This document shows, piece by piece, positions 1 through 8,324 of a stretch of 64,000 nt of DNA. Position 1 is the stretch's first letter. Every line of letters starts with the position of its first letter. The position numbers and the translations under genes were made by a program. The notes below the pieces were generated by a model that saw only the letters and a program-made list of their open reading frames with translations, did not search any database and was not told the DNA's origin. The stretch spans positions 4,004 to 68,003 of the forward strand of contig JBAZBR010000004.1 in the NCBI GenBank assembly GCA_041671325.1, given 5' to 3'. Source of the stretch: Patescibacteria group bacterium. GTDB taxonomy: Bacteria > Patescibacteriota > Patescibacteriia > PEXW01.

Positions 1-580
1 GGTTAGACAAATAGTTTTTCTTAAAGCAATAAGAGCAAAATTTTTCCCCTGTTATAACTGCGCCAAACTTGTCAGAATAGATTGGATTTTTTAACCCGCA
101 TTTTTTATACCAAGCAATTTTATCATCTTTGATTTTATCATTGTGGACTGTAATAATTATTTTTCCGTTGGGCTTCAACACCCTAAGCATTTCCTTTATG
201 GCGGGTTTGTGTTTTAGTAAATTGCCGAAGGTATGATTGAGACAAAGAATCACACCGAATAAATTATCGGGGAATGGAATATCATATATGTTTGCTATAT
301 AAAACTTTAAATTTTTTATCCCTTTATTATTCCTTTGCGCTTCTTTTATTGCTTGTGAATCATAATCAATTCCAATGCCTATCTTTATGTTGTTAGAGAC
401 TAATTTCAAATGTCTGCCAGACCCACAACCAGCGTCTAATACATAATCTTCTATTTTGCCTAAATTTTTTATGACCTTTTCTTCTGCAAGAAAAAAGCCT
501 TTAATGCTTTTTGGTTTTTTTGAAAAAATAAATCTTTTTTGTAAGTTTAATCTTTCGTATATTTTCACTTCATCTTCCAT
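1..580 (-). CDS. Class I SAM-dependent methyltransferase (partial, runs off window start)
   Basis: Manual minus-strand translation from ATG at 580: MEDEVKIYERL...VLDAGCGSGRHL...GIDYD...EMLRVLKPNGK; not in ORF track. Confidence 0.85.
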   Translation of the reverse strand, partial: MEDEVKIYERLNLQKRFIFSKKPKSIKGFFLAEEKVIKNLGKIEDYVLDAGCGSGRHLKLVSNNIKIGIGIDYDSQAIKEAQRNNKGIKNLKFYIANIYDIPFPDNLFGVILCLNHTFGNLLKHKPAIKEMLRVLKPNGKIIITVHNDKIKDDKIAWYKKCGLKNPIYSDKFGAVITGEKFCSYCFKKNYLSN

Positions 581-695
581 AAATTTATTATCTTACTTTA
601 CCAAAAAATCACCTCAATTAAAAGGTTGGCAAAGGTGTTGTGACTATTGTCAAGAGCAAGATTAAAAGATAGTTTAAAAGCACGATATATATCAA

Positions 696-777
696 GCCCA
701 GGTGGTGAAATTGCCGTGAACCACTAAAGGGTTCACGGCGACCCAGCACCCTTTAGTGGTGCTGGGTGGTATACGCG
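696..777 (+). pseudogene. 5' fragment of tRNA-Leu with 55-nt double-hairpin insertion in the D-loop
   Basis: gcccaggtggtgaaatt identical to tRNA-Leu at 1045; insert 713-767; then ggtatacgcg; no anticodon or T arm follows. Confidence 0.8.
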
Positions 778-783
778 CAAAAT

Positions 784-1038
784 ATGCATTATATTTACAT
801 CTTACAATTATCGAATAAACAACTTTACTGCGGTATTACCTTGGACTTGAAAAGGAGGCTTGCTGAACACAAGAAAGGAAAGAGTCCATTCACGAAAAAT
901 AGATTGCCGTTGAAGCTGATTTTTTACGAAGCCTTTAATAATAAGTTAGACGCCGAAAAAAGAGAAAGATATTTTAAGTCTAGTAAGGGCAAATATACGT
1001 TACGGGCAATGCTGAAGTTCACTTTACAAAATGTTTAA
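784..1038 (+). CDS. GIY-YIG family endonuclease
   Basis: YIYIL...LYCGIT.DLKRRLAEH...AEKRERYFKS; ATG at 784 preferred to track start 766. Confidence 0.9.
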   Translation: MHYIYILQLSNKQLYCGITLDLKRRLAEHKKGKSPFTKNRLPLKLIFYEAFNNKLDAEKRERYFKSSKGKYTLRAMLKFTLQNV

Positions 1039-1044
1039 ATTAAT

Positions 1045-1129
1045 GCCCAGGTGGTGAAATTGGTATACACGCGAGGTTTAGGACCTCGTGCCGCAAGGCG
1101 TGGAGGTTCGAGTCCTCTCCTGGGCACCA
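1045..1129 (+). tRNA. tRNA-Leu(TAG)
   Basis: Cloverleaf: gcccagg/cctgggc acceptor, cgagg-tt TAG ga-cctcg, long variable arm, ttcgagt T-loop, encoded CCA. Confidence 0.97.
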
Positions 1130-1311
1130 GCTCGTTTCGTGCTTCGACCTTCGTGAGCGCGCTTACGCTTGCTCACTCCGGACTTTGCACGAAGCCTCGC
1201 TTTTCCTCACGAATGCGTGCTCCTCACTTCGTTCGTGTGCTCCTCATTCGTGAGGTGGATTTTATAAGCGTCCCGCTCACCCCATTTCATCTTCAACGAA
1301 ATGGGGACCCC
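1130..1311 (+). repeat. Structured tRNA 3' trailer element, copy 1
   Basis: Homologous to 45404-45581; nested stems ttcgtgc/gcacgaa and gtgagc/gctcac, then cctcacgaatg/cattcgtgagg, ccccatttc/gaaatgggg. Confidence 0.8.
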
Positions 1312-1341
1312 AAGTCTGTGACATTATCATAAAAATAATTT

Positions 1342-1866
1342 ATGCCCGTAAACCAAGAACCCCATATTCATCAAAACGTCATTTGCGCGAATGTTTTTGT
1401 CCGAAAAGATGGAAAGTTCTTGATGTTAAAGCGTTCGCCCAAGAAAAAATTTCTTCCTAACTACATAAATCCGATTGGCGGTAAGGTAGAGGCTGATGAA
1501 AATCCTTACTTGGCTGCACAACGCGAACTTAAGGAAGAAACGGGATTGGTTGTAAAGAATATGCGTTTAGAAGCGGTGGTGTTAGAAATTCAGCCTTATA
1601 AGGATAAGCCGCACAACTGGCTGGTTTTTCATTTCTCTGCCGACTGGGCGGGCGGTGAACTGCAAGCCACTGAAGAAGGTGAGTTTATTTGGTTTGAGCC
1701 GGAAGAAATTCCAAAGCAGCATTTATTCCCATCCGTGCAACAAATTATCCGCCACGTTATTAATCCCAATGATGGTACAGTCTTTGCGACCATCGCCTAT
1801 AACGAGCAAGGAGAGGTTGAAGAATCCACAAAAAGCCTTAGTATTTGCGCGTTGCCGTCAAAATAG
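1342..1866 (+). CDS. Nudix hydrolase (MutT-like)
   Basis: Nudix box GGKVEADENPYLAAQRELKEETG. Confidence 0.9.
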   Translation: MPVNQEPHIHQNVICANVFVRKDGKFLMLKRSPKKKFLPNYINPIGGKVEADENPYLAAQRELKEETGLVVKNMRLEAVVLEIQPYKDKPHNWLVFHFSADWAGGELQATEEGEFIWFEPEEIPKQHLFPSVQQIIRHVINPNDGTVFATIAYNEQGEVEESTKSLSICALPSK

Positions 1867-1912
1867 CGAGACGGAAGACCGGCGGCACCAAATTATCTTC
1901 TATTATTAAACC

Positions 1913-2476
1913 ATGGATGACCAACCAAATCTTAATATAATCGACGAAACCGGGAAGATAGTCGGTGAAGATTCACGTACGAATGTTCATGATAAGGGTT
2001 TGTTACACCAAGAAATTCATGTCTGGTTTTTTACATCTGATGGGAAAATAATTTTTCAACATCGAGCAAAGGATAAAGATACATTTCCAAATTTGCTTGA
2101 CGCATCGGTTGGTGGGCATGTCGAAAAAGGTGAAAAATATATTGATACTGCACTTAAAGAAATTAAGGAAGAAACAGGTTTACGTGTAACTTCTGATAAA
2201 TTGCGATATATCAAAACGCAAAGGAGCACATCGTATGATCCGGTGACGAGCAGAACCAACAATGTTTTAAGGGCAGTTTTTGCTTATAGATACGATGGTT
2301 TAATTGAATCACTTATGATTGAACAGGGCAAAGGTATTGGATTTGAAGCCTGGCCGCTAAAAACAATTTTGAACATTTCTTCAGAAGAAAAAAAACGTTT
2401 TATCCCGACCATCTTTAATCCAGACATTATTGATGTGTTTCATAAGATTGTGCTTATTATTCAGCGCGAATCTTAA
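1913..2476 (+). CDS. Nudix hydrolase, IDI/YfcD-like
   Basis: HDKGLLH...QHRAKDKDTFPNLLDASVGGHVEKGE...ALKEIKEETG. Confidence 0.88.
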   Translation: MDDQPNLNIIDETGKIVGEDSRTNVHDKGLLHQEIHVWFFTSDGKIIFQHRAKDKDTFPNLLDASVGGHVEKGEKYIDTALKEIKEETGLRVTSDKLRYIKTQRSTSYDPVTSRTNNVLRAVFAYRYDGLIESLMIEQGKGIGFEAWPLKTILNISSEEKKRFIPTIFNPDIIDVFHKIVLIIQRES

Positions 2477-2483
2477 TATATTT

Positions 2484-3011
2484 ATGTCCACCTCCGAAAT
2501 CCTTAATGTCATGGATGAACAGGGGAATGTCCTGCGGACGATTTCGCGTGAAGAAGCTGAAAGGGACAACCACCTGACACCCAATGCCTTGATTTTTGTT
2601 TTTACGCTCAAGGGTGAAGTCTGGATACAGAAGCGCGCTCGGACTAAAAAACACTTCCCGGGTTTGTGGGATATTTCCGCTTGTGGCGGCATTTTACACG
2701 GTGAAAAACCTGAAGCGAGCGCGCAACGGGAAATGGCTGAAGAGATGGGTTTTACTTGCGAGCTACATTTCGTTGAAGCGTTTTTGAATGAATTTCCAGG
2801 TGATGACGGTTCGACTCTCCGGCGTTTATCCCATCTTTTTGTGGGCATCAGTGATAAAATTCCGAGTATAAACGAGGAAGTTGAGGAATTCCTAGCAGTA
2901 CCCGCAGGTGAATTGGTCGAAAAAATTAAAAACAATCGCCAAGATTATGTGCCATCTTTTTTAATGGAGTTAGAAAAGGCCAGTGCGGCGTTTACGAAGC
3001 TGGCAATTTAG
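2484..3011 (+). CDS. Nudix hydrolase, IDI/YfcD-like
   Basis: QKRARTKKHFPGLWDISACGG...AQREMAEEMG; ATG at 2484. Confidence 0.88.
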   Translation: MSTSEILNVMDEQGNVLRTISREEAERDNHLTPNALIFVFTLKGEVWIQKRARTKKHFPGLWDISACGGILHGEKPEASAQREMAEEMGFTCELHFVEAFLNEFPGDDGSTLRRLSHLFVGISDKIPSINEEVEEFLAVPAGELVEKIKNNRQDYVPSFLMELEKASAAFTKLAI

Positions 3012-3058
3012 TATAAAAATTAATTATTAAATTAAAAAAATTATTAACTTAAAAATAT

Positions 3059-3430
3059 ATGGGAAGTATCATTGAACTAAACGACACTCTCCAATTAACT
3101 TCAGACCAGGGTTTTCCCAAAGAACTCAATTTGGAAAAACACCTGGCGCAACCATACCAAGCGGATGATTTTAAGGATAAAATTTTTAGTTTTCATGGCA
3201 AACCAGACATTAGACAATACCATCAGCAGCCAGTGCGTAATTTTTTAGTGGAAAATCGTGATGGCAAGTGGATTTATTGGGGATTGGTACATATAGTAGA
3301 AATACGCCATGACTATTTGAAAAAAACCACCTCCGGGACCTTTAAAATTATTTACATTAATACACCGGAAGAAATGAAAATAGCGCATCATCTTATAGAT
3401 CAAAGAGATGACAAAAAGTTTTTCAAATAA
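3059..3430 (+). CDS. Hypothetical protein
   Basis: 123-aa ORF, co-oriented with neighbours, AT-rich leader. Confidence 0.75.
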   Translation: MGSIIELNDTLQLTSDQGFPKELNLEKHLAQPYQADDFKDKIFSFHGKPDIRQYHQQPVRNFLVENRDGKWIYWGLVHIVEIRHDYLKKTTSGTFKIIYINTPEEMKIAHHLIDQRDDKKFFK

Positions 3431-3431
3431 T

Positions 3432-3467
3432 ATTGCTTACCAAGGCGTAATAATCGAAGAAAGTTTG
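3432..3467 (+). pseudogene. Diverged 5' stub of gene 3529-3909
   Basis: Encodes IAYQGVIIEESL versus MDYKGVIIEESL; differences mostly synonymous. Confidence 0.75.
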
Positions 3468-3472
3468 GTAAC

Positions 3473-3512
3473 TACGAATTACGAATCTATTACGAAAGTA
3501 CGAAATACGAAT
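3473..3512 (+). repeat. Five short TACGAA repeats
   Basis: tacgaa at 3473, 3480, 3491, 3499, 3506. Confidence 0.8.
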
Positions 3513-3528
3513 TAAGACATGAATTATT

Positions 3529-3909
3529 ATGGATTATAAAGGAGTAATAATAGAAGAGAGCTTAGAAAATGATGGGCTTTTAAAAGAAGTGAAGATTTTG
3601 AGTACAAAAGTCGAGGTGGTTACCGAAAAACATAAAACCCCTTGGATAAAACAATGGACTTTGCATACAATTGAAATTCCAGAAGCTCAGGCTGAATTGA
3701 TTGCGGATAAAATAAGCACGGCTTTAGATAAAGAACATAAGCATAGTTGGTATGTGGACTTTAAGAATGACCAGTTCCATTATATTATTTTTTCGAATAA
3801 GTTTTTCAAAGTTGAAAGGGGAAATAAGGAACAATACGCTCAAGCCACGCAATATGGTATAAGCTTAGGAATACCCGATTATCAACTAACTTTTTCGCCG
3901 GAAATTTAG
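3529..3909 (+). CDS. Hypothetical protein
   Basis: 126-aa ORF MDYKGVIIEESL...LGIPDYQLTF. Confidence 0.8.
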   Translation: MDYKGVIIEESLENDGLLKEVKILSTKVEVVTEKHKTPWIKQWTLHTIEIPEAQAELIADKISTALDKEHKHSWYVDFKNDQFHYIIFSNKFFKVERGNKEQYAQATQYGISLGIPDYQLTFSPEI

Positions 3910-3954
3910 GAGCGGGGCAGATAGTTGTGGTTTAAAGGTTTTGGGTATAAGCCT

Positions 3955-3995
3955 CCCCGCCTGCCTCCAGCTGATGCTCGGCAATGGCGGGCAGG
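3955..3995. repeat. CCCGCCT...GGCGGGCAGG palindromic mini-element
   Basis: Same termini as copies at 20753, 26908, 27136, 35905. Confidence 0.65.
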
Positions 3996-4099
3996 TGTAT
4001 CGTTAGGGGGTGTGGTTTTTAAGTTGACAAGAACACAGGGGTTTTGTAAGCTGGTTTATTAAAATTAAAATCGAAAACCCTTTGATAAAGGAGGCAGAA

Positions 4100-4543
4100 A
4101 TGCCGAAGTGCAGCGAATGCAAAGATACCGGCGTAATCGAAACCGGAAATAATAGCCTGCCGTGTAATTGCGAAGCCGGTGAGGTCGCGCTGTTTAATGT
4201 GGCATGGGTTGATGGGCCGGTTACAGGCCAGGAAATGCGCAGGCATTTTTTAAACCCTTGCCCTGAGCCAATTTCTGCCGCCGCAACTAAAATTCCGGCA
4301 TCCGACTTGCCTGGTCGTCGGAGGCTCAAACCCTTTCATGAGTCAATAGTGGATGTGATTCAAAACGCCTTATGGTTTGAATTGCAGGGTTTGAGCAAAT
4401 TGCTTTTGGTTACTAAAATTCCAAAAAACCATGATGCCATTATTGAGGCGTGGACAAGGAGGGCCGGCGTAGAAAGGTATAAGCATGTAGTGGCAAGTCT
4501 ACGTCAGCAGAAGGCAATTGCCGAGCTAACCAACAAATCGTAA
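4100..4543 (+). CDS. Hypothetical protein with N-terminal Zn-ribbon-like Cys motifs
   Basis: CSECKDTG...PCNC; aaggagg SD before ATG 4100; ttgaca at 4024. Confidence 0.75.
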   Translation: MPKCSECKDTGVIETGNNSLPCNCEAGEVALFNVAWVDGPVTGQEMRRHFLNPCPEPISAAATKIPASDLPGRRRLKPFHESIVDVIQNALWFELQGLSKLLLVTKIPKNHDAIIEAWTRRAGVERYKHVVASLRQQKAIAELTNKS

Positions 4544-4588
4544 ATTCCATAATCAGGCGCCTGACCATTTGGTCTGGCGCCTTTTTTT
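4541..4588 (+). terminator. Intrinsic terminator, near-duplicate of 5981-6028
   Basis: aggcgcc-tgacc...ggtct-ggcgcct followed by T run. Confidence 0.75.
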
Positions 4589-4718
4589 ATTTGGTTGATT
4601 TGAACCTATATTTTGTTTGGTTTTTTTGTCAATCGGTTTTAGGCAATCCAATAGTTAAAAAACCCCCCAGACTCTTTTGGAGCTGGGGGAGTCAATATCA
4701 AGCCCGCAAATTTGGGCT

Positions 4719-5105
4719 TTACTTGACGACCGTGTCGATGACAATTTCGACCAGGGCGTTCTCGATGGGGAAACCGACCGCGAAGGTGGCGCGGACCGGT
4801 TTATCACAGCCTTCCAGCCAATTCAGGTAGACGGCATTGACGCTGGCAAAATCCTCTTTGTTGGCAAGCAGGATGGTCACCCTGAAAAGCCGGTCCTTGC
4901 TCGAGCCACAGTATTCGAGAATCGCGTCGGCATACTTGAAGATCTGTTCGGCTTGAGCGGCGGCGTCACCGTCAATGATCTGCTTTTCTCCGGGTTTGAA
5001 CGCTACCAATCCCGAAAGGCCCACTAGCTTATCTCCCGGTTCCAGGATGACTGCTTGGGGATAAGCCGCCGAAGTCGGGGCGTCGTCGGTTGAAAAGTAC
5101 CTCAT
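4719..5105 (-). CDS. RidA/YjgF family protein
   Basis: APTSAAYPQAV...LSGLV...FASVNAVY...KPVRATFAVGFP..ALVEI. Confidence 0.88.
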   Translation of the reverse strand: MRYFSTDDAPTSAAYPQAVILEPGDKLVGLSGLVAFKPGEKQIIDGDAAAQAEQIFKYADAILEYCGSSKDRLFRVTILLANKEDFASVNAVYLNWLEGCDKPVRATFAVGFPIENALVEIVIDTVVK

Positions 5106-5488
5106 TTCAGAATCCTCCTATACAGGATGTTTAAAGGTAAAGGGCTAAACTAGTTAAATCAAGATAGTTGGCTAATGTTAATCAGGTCAATATTTTTTGT
5201 CAAGCAATGTACTTATTAGTATTAACGATTATTTAATTAGTTAGTCTATTAACAATTCCATAAAAACCGTAAATCAGTACAGAGGCGTTTTTGGAATATA
5301 TTGCACAATACCAAGTCACGAAATACGGAGTTAATTTAGGAATACCGCATTTCTAAGTAGATTTTTCACCGGATATCAAGGAGTGGGAAAGGTAGGGTAT
5401 AACAAAATCTGTAAGATTATTGACAATCCAATACAGAACAGATAAGTTTGGTGAAGTTCTTAATAAAATCAAAAACAAGGAGCCAAGC

Positions 5489-5983
5489 ATGTTTGGAAGA
5501 GGATTGAAAACGCCGAAAGGCATGGGTATTACTGCGCAAGCAGGAGATCTGGCACAACCAGATAAGCTGCCATTATCTCACGGTAATATGCTTGTAAAAG
5601 AAGCTTCGGAGACAACCCGTAAATATGCATGCGGTCACGAAGGACCCGAATGGTATGTTTTGGATGTCTATGGTCAAGAAACGGTCAAGATTGAGAAAAA
5701 AGACCTGTGCCCTGAATGTAAGATGGCAGATTACAAGAAATATGTAATTCGCTGTGCCGCCTGCGGTTTGCCAATTGCACCTGATCAAAGCGTCGCGCTT
5801 TATGCGAATAATACAGAATTCTTTGACCAGTCAATCGTAACTAAAGTAGGGGACAGTGTGATTGGTTGCATGCGATGGAATTGTTGTCCCTCAGGTGGAT
5901 TCTATGCGGGAAATTGGACAGAAGAGGGCTTCAAGTCTGCTTTTGATGGGGACACTGCTGCTGAGCAAGCCGCAACATCATAA
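5489..5983 (+). CDS. Cys-rich hypothetical protein
   Basis: CGH, CPEC, CAACG, CMRWNCC; aaggag SD before ATG 5489. Confidence 0.75.
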   Translation: MFGRGLKTPKGMGITAQAGDLAQPDKLPLSHGNMLVKEASETTRKYACGHEGPEWYVLDVYGQETVKIEKKDLCPECKMADYKKYVIRCAACGLPIAPDQSVALYANNTEFFDQSIVTKVGDSVIGCMRWNCCPSGGFYAGNWTEEGFKSAFDGDTAAEQAATS

Positions 5984-6028
5984 ATTTCATAATCAGGCGC
6001 TTGACCACTTGGTCCGGCGCCTTTTCTT
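5981..6028 (+). terminator. Intrinsic terminator, near-duplicate of 4541-4588
   Basis: aggcgc-ttgacc...ggtccg-gcgcct plus T run. Confidence 0.75.
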
Positions 6029-6039
6029 TTTAAAACAAT

Positions 6040-6393
6040 TTATCCCGCGGCCTGGACCACGTTTTTGAAAACCGTGGAAAACAAAGTCCAGGAAACAATT
6101 ACCAAAAACATGCCAATGACTGCGCCGATAAGCAGTTTTCGGGAGTGCGTTTCCGAGTCTTCATTACCCCCAGCGGTAATCTTAACTATAATGCCGTAAA
6201 GGAGCATGACCGTTGAAACAACCCCGATTATGCCCAGAACCACGTTGGCAATACTGAAAAGGAAAGGCTTGATATCCAGCGTGTAAAGATTGGCTTGGGG
6301 CCCAATATTTTCCGTGGTAGTAGCCGCGACAATACGGGGCGATAAGTTGATTAATAAAGTAATTAAAAAGGGAAAGTATTTCTTTAGTTTCAT
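6040..6393 (-). CDS. VirB2/TrbC-like pilin (divergent paralog)
   Basis: Signal peptide, two hydrophobic helices around TAGGNED motif. Confidence 0.75.
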   Translation of the reverse strand: MKLKKYFPFLITLLINLSPRIVAATTTENIGPQANLYTLDIKPFLFSIANVVLGIIGVVSTVMLLYGIIVKITAGGNEDSETHSRKLLIGAVIGMFLVIVSWTLFSTVFKNVVQAAG

Positions 6394-6459
6394 TTTTTAG
6401 ATAAAGCTTGGTTTACATAAAAAAGCCGTCAAAGTCGGTTTAGGCTTGAACAGAAAAAC

Positions 6460-6822
6460 TTAGTTAGTGACTTGGGCGGTCGTCTTTAGAACAAAGTTGA
6501 CGATTGCCCAAGAAAGCAGGACGACTATCAGGCCAACGACTGCCGAAGAGATCAGTCTTTTGGCCGTATCAGTTTTGTCCTCATTGCCGCCAGAAGTTGC
6601 CAAGGAAAAAACACCGTAAAGAATTACTACTAAGGCGATTAAACCCAATAAACCCAGAATAAAGCTAACAACATTCAAAATAGTTTGTTTCAGGTCTGTG
6701 GAAGTAAAACCCAGCGAGCCGGCAAAAGTCGTGTCAAAAGACACGGCCAAAGCCATGGCTGGCAGGGCTATAACGGTTAAGCTTATTAAGGTAGCAAAAA
6801 GGTATTTGTTAGGTTTTTTCAT
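6460..6822 (-). CDS. VirB2/TrbC-like pilin
   Basis: YG..LATSGGNEDKTDTAKRLI..AVVGL. Confidence 0.8.
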   Translation of the reverse strand: MKKPNKYLFATLISLTVIALPAMALAVSFDTTFAGSLGFTSTDLKQTILNVVSFILGLLGLIALVVILYGVFSLATSGGNEDKTDTAKRLISSAVVGLIVVLLSWAIVNFVLKTTAQVTN

Positions 6823-7200
6823 TTATAATCCGCTTGGGCTCCCGGCTACTTGGTTGGCTGTTTTAAGCACAAAATTCACGATTGCCCAAGCCAGCAAGAC
6901 AATAACCAAACCAACTGAGGCTGAAGAAATTATCTGTTTGGCTTTGTCTACTTTGTCCTCATTGCCGCCTGCAGTCATCCAAATAAATCCAGCATAAAGA
7001 ATAAAGACAACGGCAATCAAGCCCAAGAGGCCTAAGACGAAGGTAATAACATTCAATACGGCCTGTTTTAAGTCTACCGAGGTAAAACCCAGCGAGCCGG
7101 CAAAAGTCGTGTCAAAAGACACGGCCATGGCAGCCATTGGCAAGGCTAGGCTAATTAATGACAAACCGAGAGCGGCAAGGTGTTTGTTAGTAAGTTTCAT
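6823..7200 (-). CDS. VirB2/TrbC-like pilin
   Basis: YAGFIWMTAGGNEDKVDKAKQII. Confidence 0.85.
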   Translation of the reverse strand: MKLTNKHLAALGLSLISLALPMAAMAVSFDTTFAGSLGFTSVDLKQAVLNVITFVLGLLGLIAVVFILYAGFIWMTAGGNEDKVDKAKQIISSASVGLVIVLLAWAIVNFVLKTANQVAGSPSGL

Positions 7201-7305
7201 ATACCCTTATATTAACGCAATTTGCCGGAGAATTACAATAGCTATTACTAAAAACCCCCAGGTTTTAGCCGAAAGGGTTTTTAGTTTAATTAATAATTAT
7301 GTTAA

Positions 7306-7668
7306 TTAGGCGGTCACTTGATTGGTAGTCTTCAACACGAAGTTGACGATCGCCCAAGCCAGCAAAACCACAACTAAACCGATACAAGCTGAAGAAATGA
7401 TTTTCTTAGCTGAATCAACCTTATCTTCATTGCCACCCGCAGTCAGCCAGATAAAGCCACCGTAAAGAATCATGATAACCGCGATCAAGCCCAAGAGGCC
7501 TAATACAAAGGTAATCACGTTCAAAATCGTTGCCTTCAAATCAGTTGAAGTGAAGCCCAATGAACCGGCAAAAGTAGTATCAAAAGACACGGCTAAAGCC
7601 GCTATTGGTAAGGCCATTACACCCAGGGTTGCAGCGGTTGCAATTAAATATTTTTTGTTTAATTTCAT
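7306..7668 (-). CDS. VirB2/TrbC-like pilin
   Basis: YGGFIWLTAGGNEDKVDSAKKII; ATG at 7668. Confidence 0.85.
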   Translation of the reverse strand: MKLNKKYLIATAATLGVMALPIAALAVSFDTTFAGSLGFTSTDLKATILNVITFVLGLLGLIAVIMILYGGFIWLTAGGNEDKVDSAKKIISSACIGLVVVLLAWAIVNFVLKTTNQVTA

Positions 7669-7862
7669 AAACACACCCCCTTTCCGATTTTTCGGTATAT
7701 TAGTCTAATCTAATTAAATCTTAGCTTATTTTGCTTAAAAGTCAAAGCTTTTAAACAGGTTATTGTACGCTTATTCAGAAAATAAATCAAGCCCCCAGGT
7801 TATTAGGGAAAAGTGGTAAAAAAATGAGTTTTTTGTCTTAACTTAGCTAAAAATTAGGATTT

Positions 7863-8148
7863 TAGGGTCCCCGTAAATCAGGCGCGCAAGCCCGCGAAAG
7901 CGGGATGAGCACGGATTTACGGGGAGAGGGGCACACTAATAGGGTCCCCACGAACGAGTAGCGGACCCCGCGGCCGCGGGGGAGTACGCATCTGCGGGGA
8001 GAGGGGCACTAAAAGGCTTTCTAAGAATAGGGGTCCCCATAAACGTGGCACGGAGCGGAGCGAGTACGCGTTTATGGGGAAAAGCGGCACATTTGTGGAG
8101 TCTGGAGTGGCCAAACGTTCAGTTTGGACACGAAAGGCGGAACAAATG
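7863..8148. repeat. Tandem array of three GGGTCCCC-stem-GGGGA palindromic units plus a further hairpin
   Basis: Units at 7863-7934, 7940-8009, 8028-8090 with conserved ends and different interiors. Confidence 0.8.
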
Positions 8149-8324
8149 TTGACGCGTGCGCCGTCGCGCCGTCGCGGTTTTATCGTGGATAACTCGGCCT
8201 TTTTTTGCCAAAACCTGTGTTAGCCTTAATTTAGTCAGTAAACAAACGCCATTCATTTCAATCCTGGAAAGGAGGTGAGTGGCATAACTAAAACCGTTCT
8301 TTTTAAACTGAAAGGAGAATCCAA

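Noticed and set aside
696-1129. Group I intron-containing tRNA with homing endonuclease
   Set aside because: The downstream tRNA is complete by itself, and there is no room for or sign of a group I core.
1051-1332. 93-aa ORF (and 45375-45609 ORFs)
   Set aside because: They overlap tRNA genes and structured trailers; spurious.
4024-6030. Prophage or integron
   Set aside because: No integrase, phage structural genes or recognisable attC sites.
7863-8090. CRISPR array
   Set aside because: Only three units, the interiors are self-complementary and the ends imperfect; no cas genes in the window.
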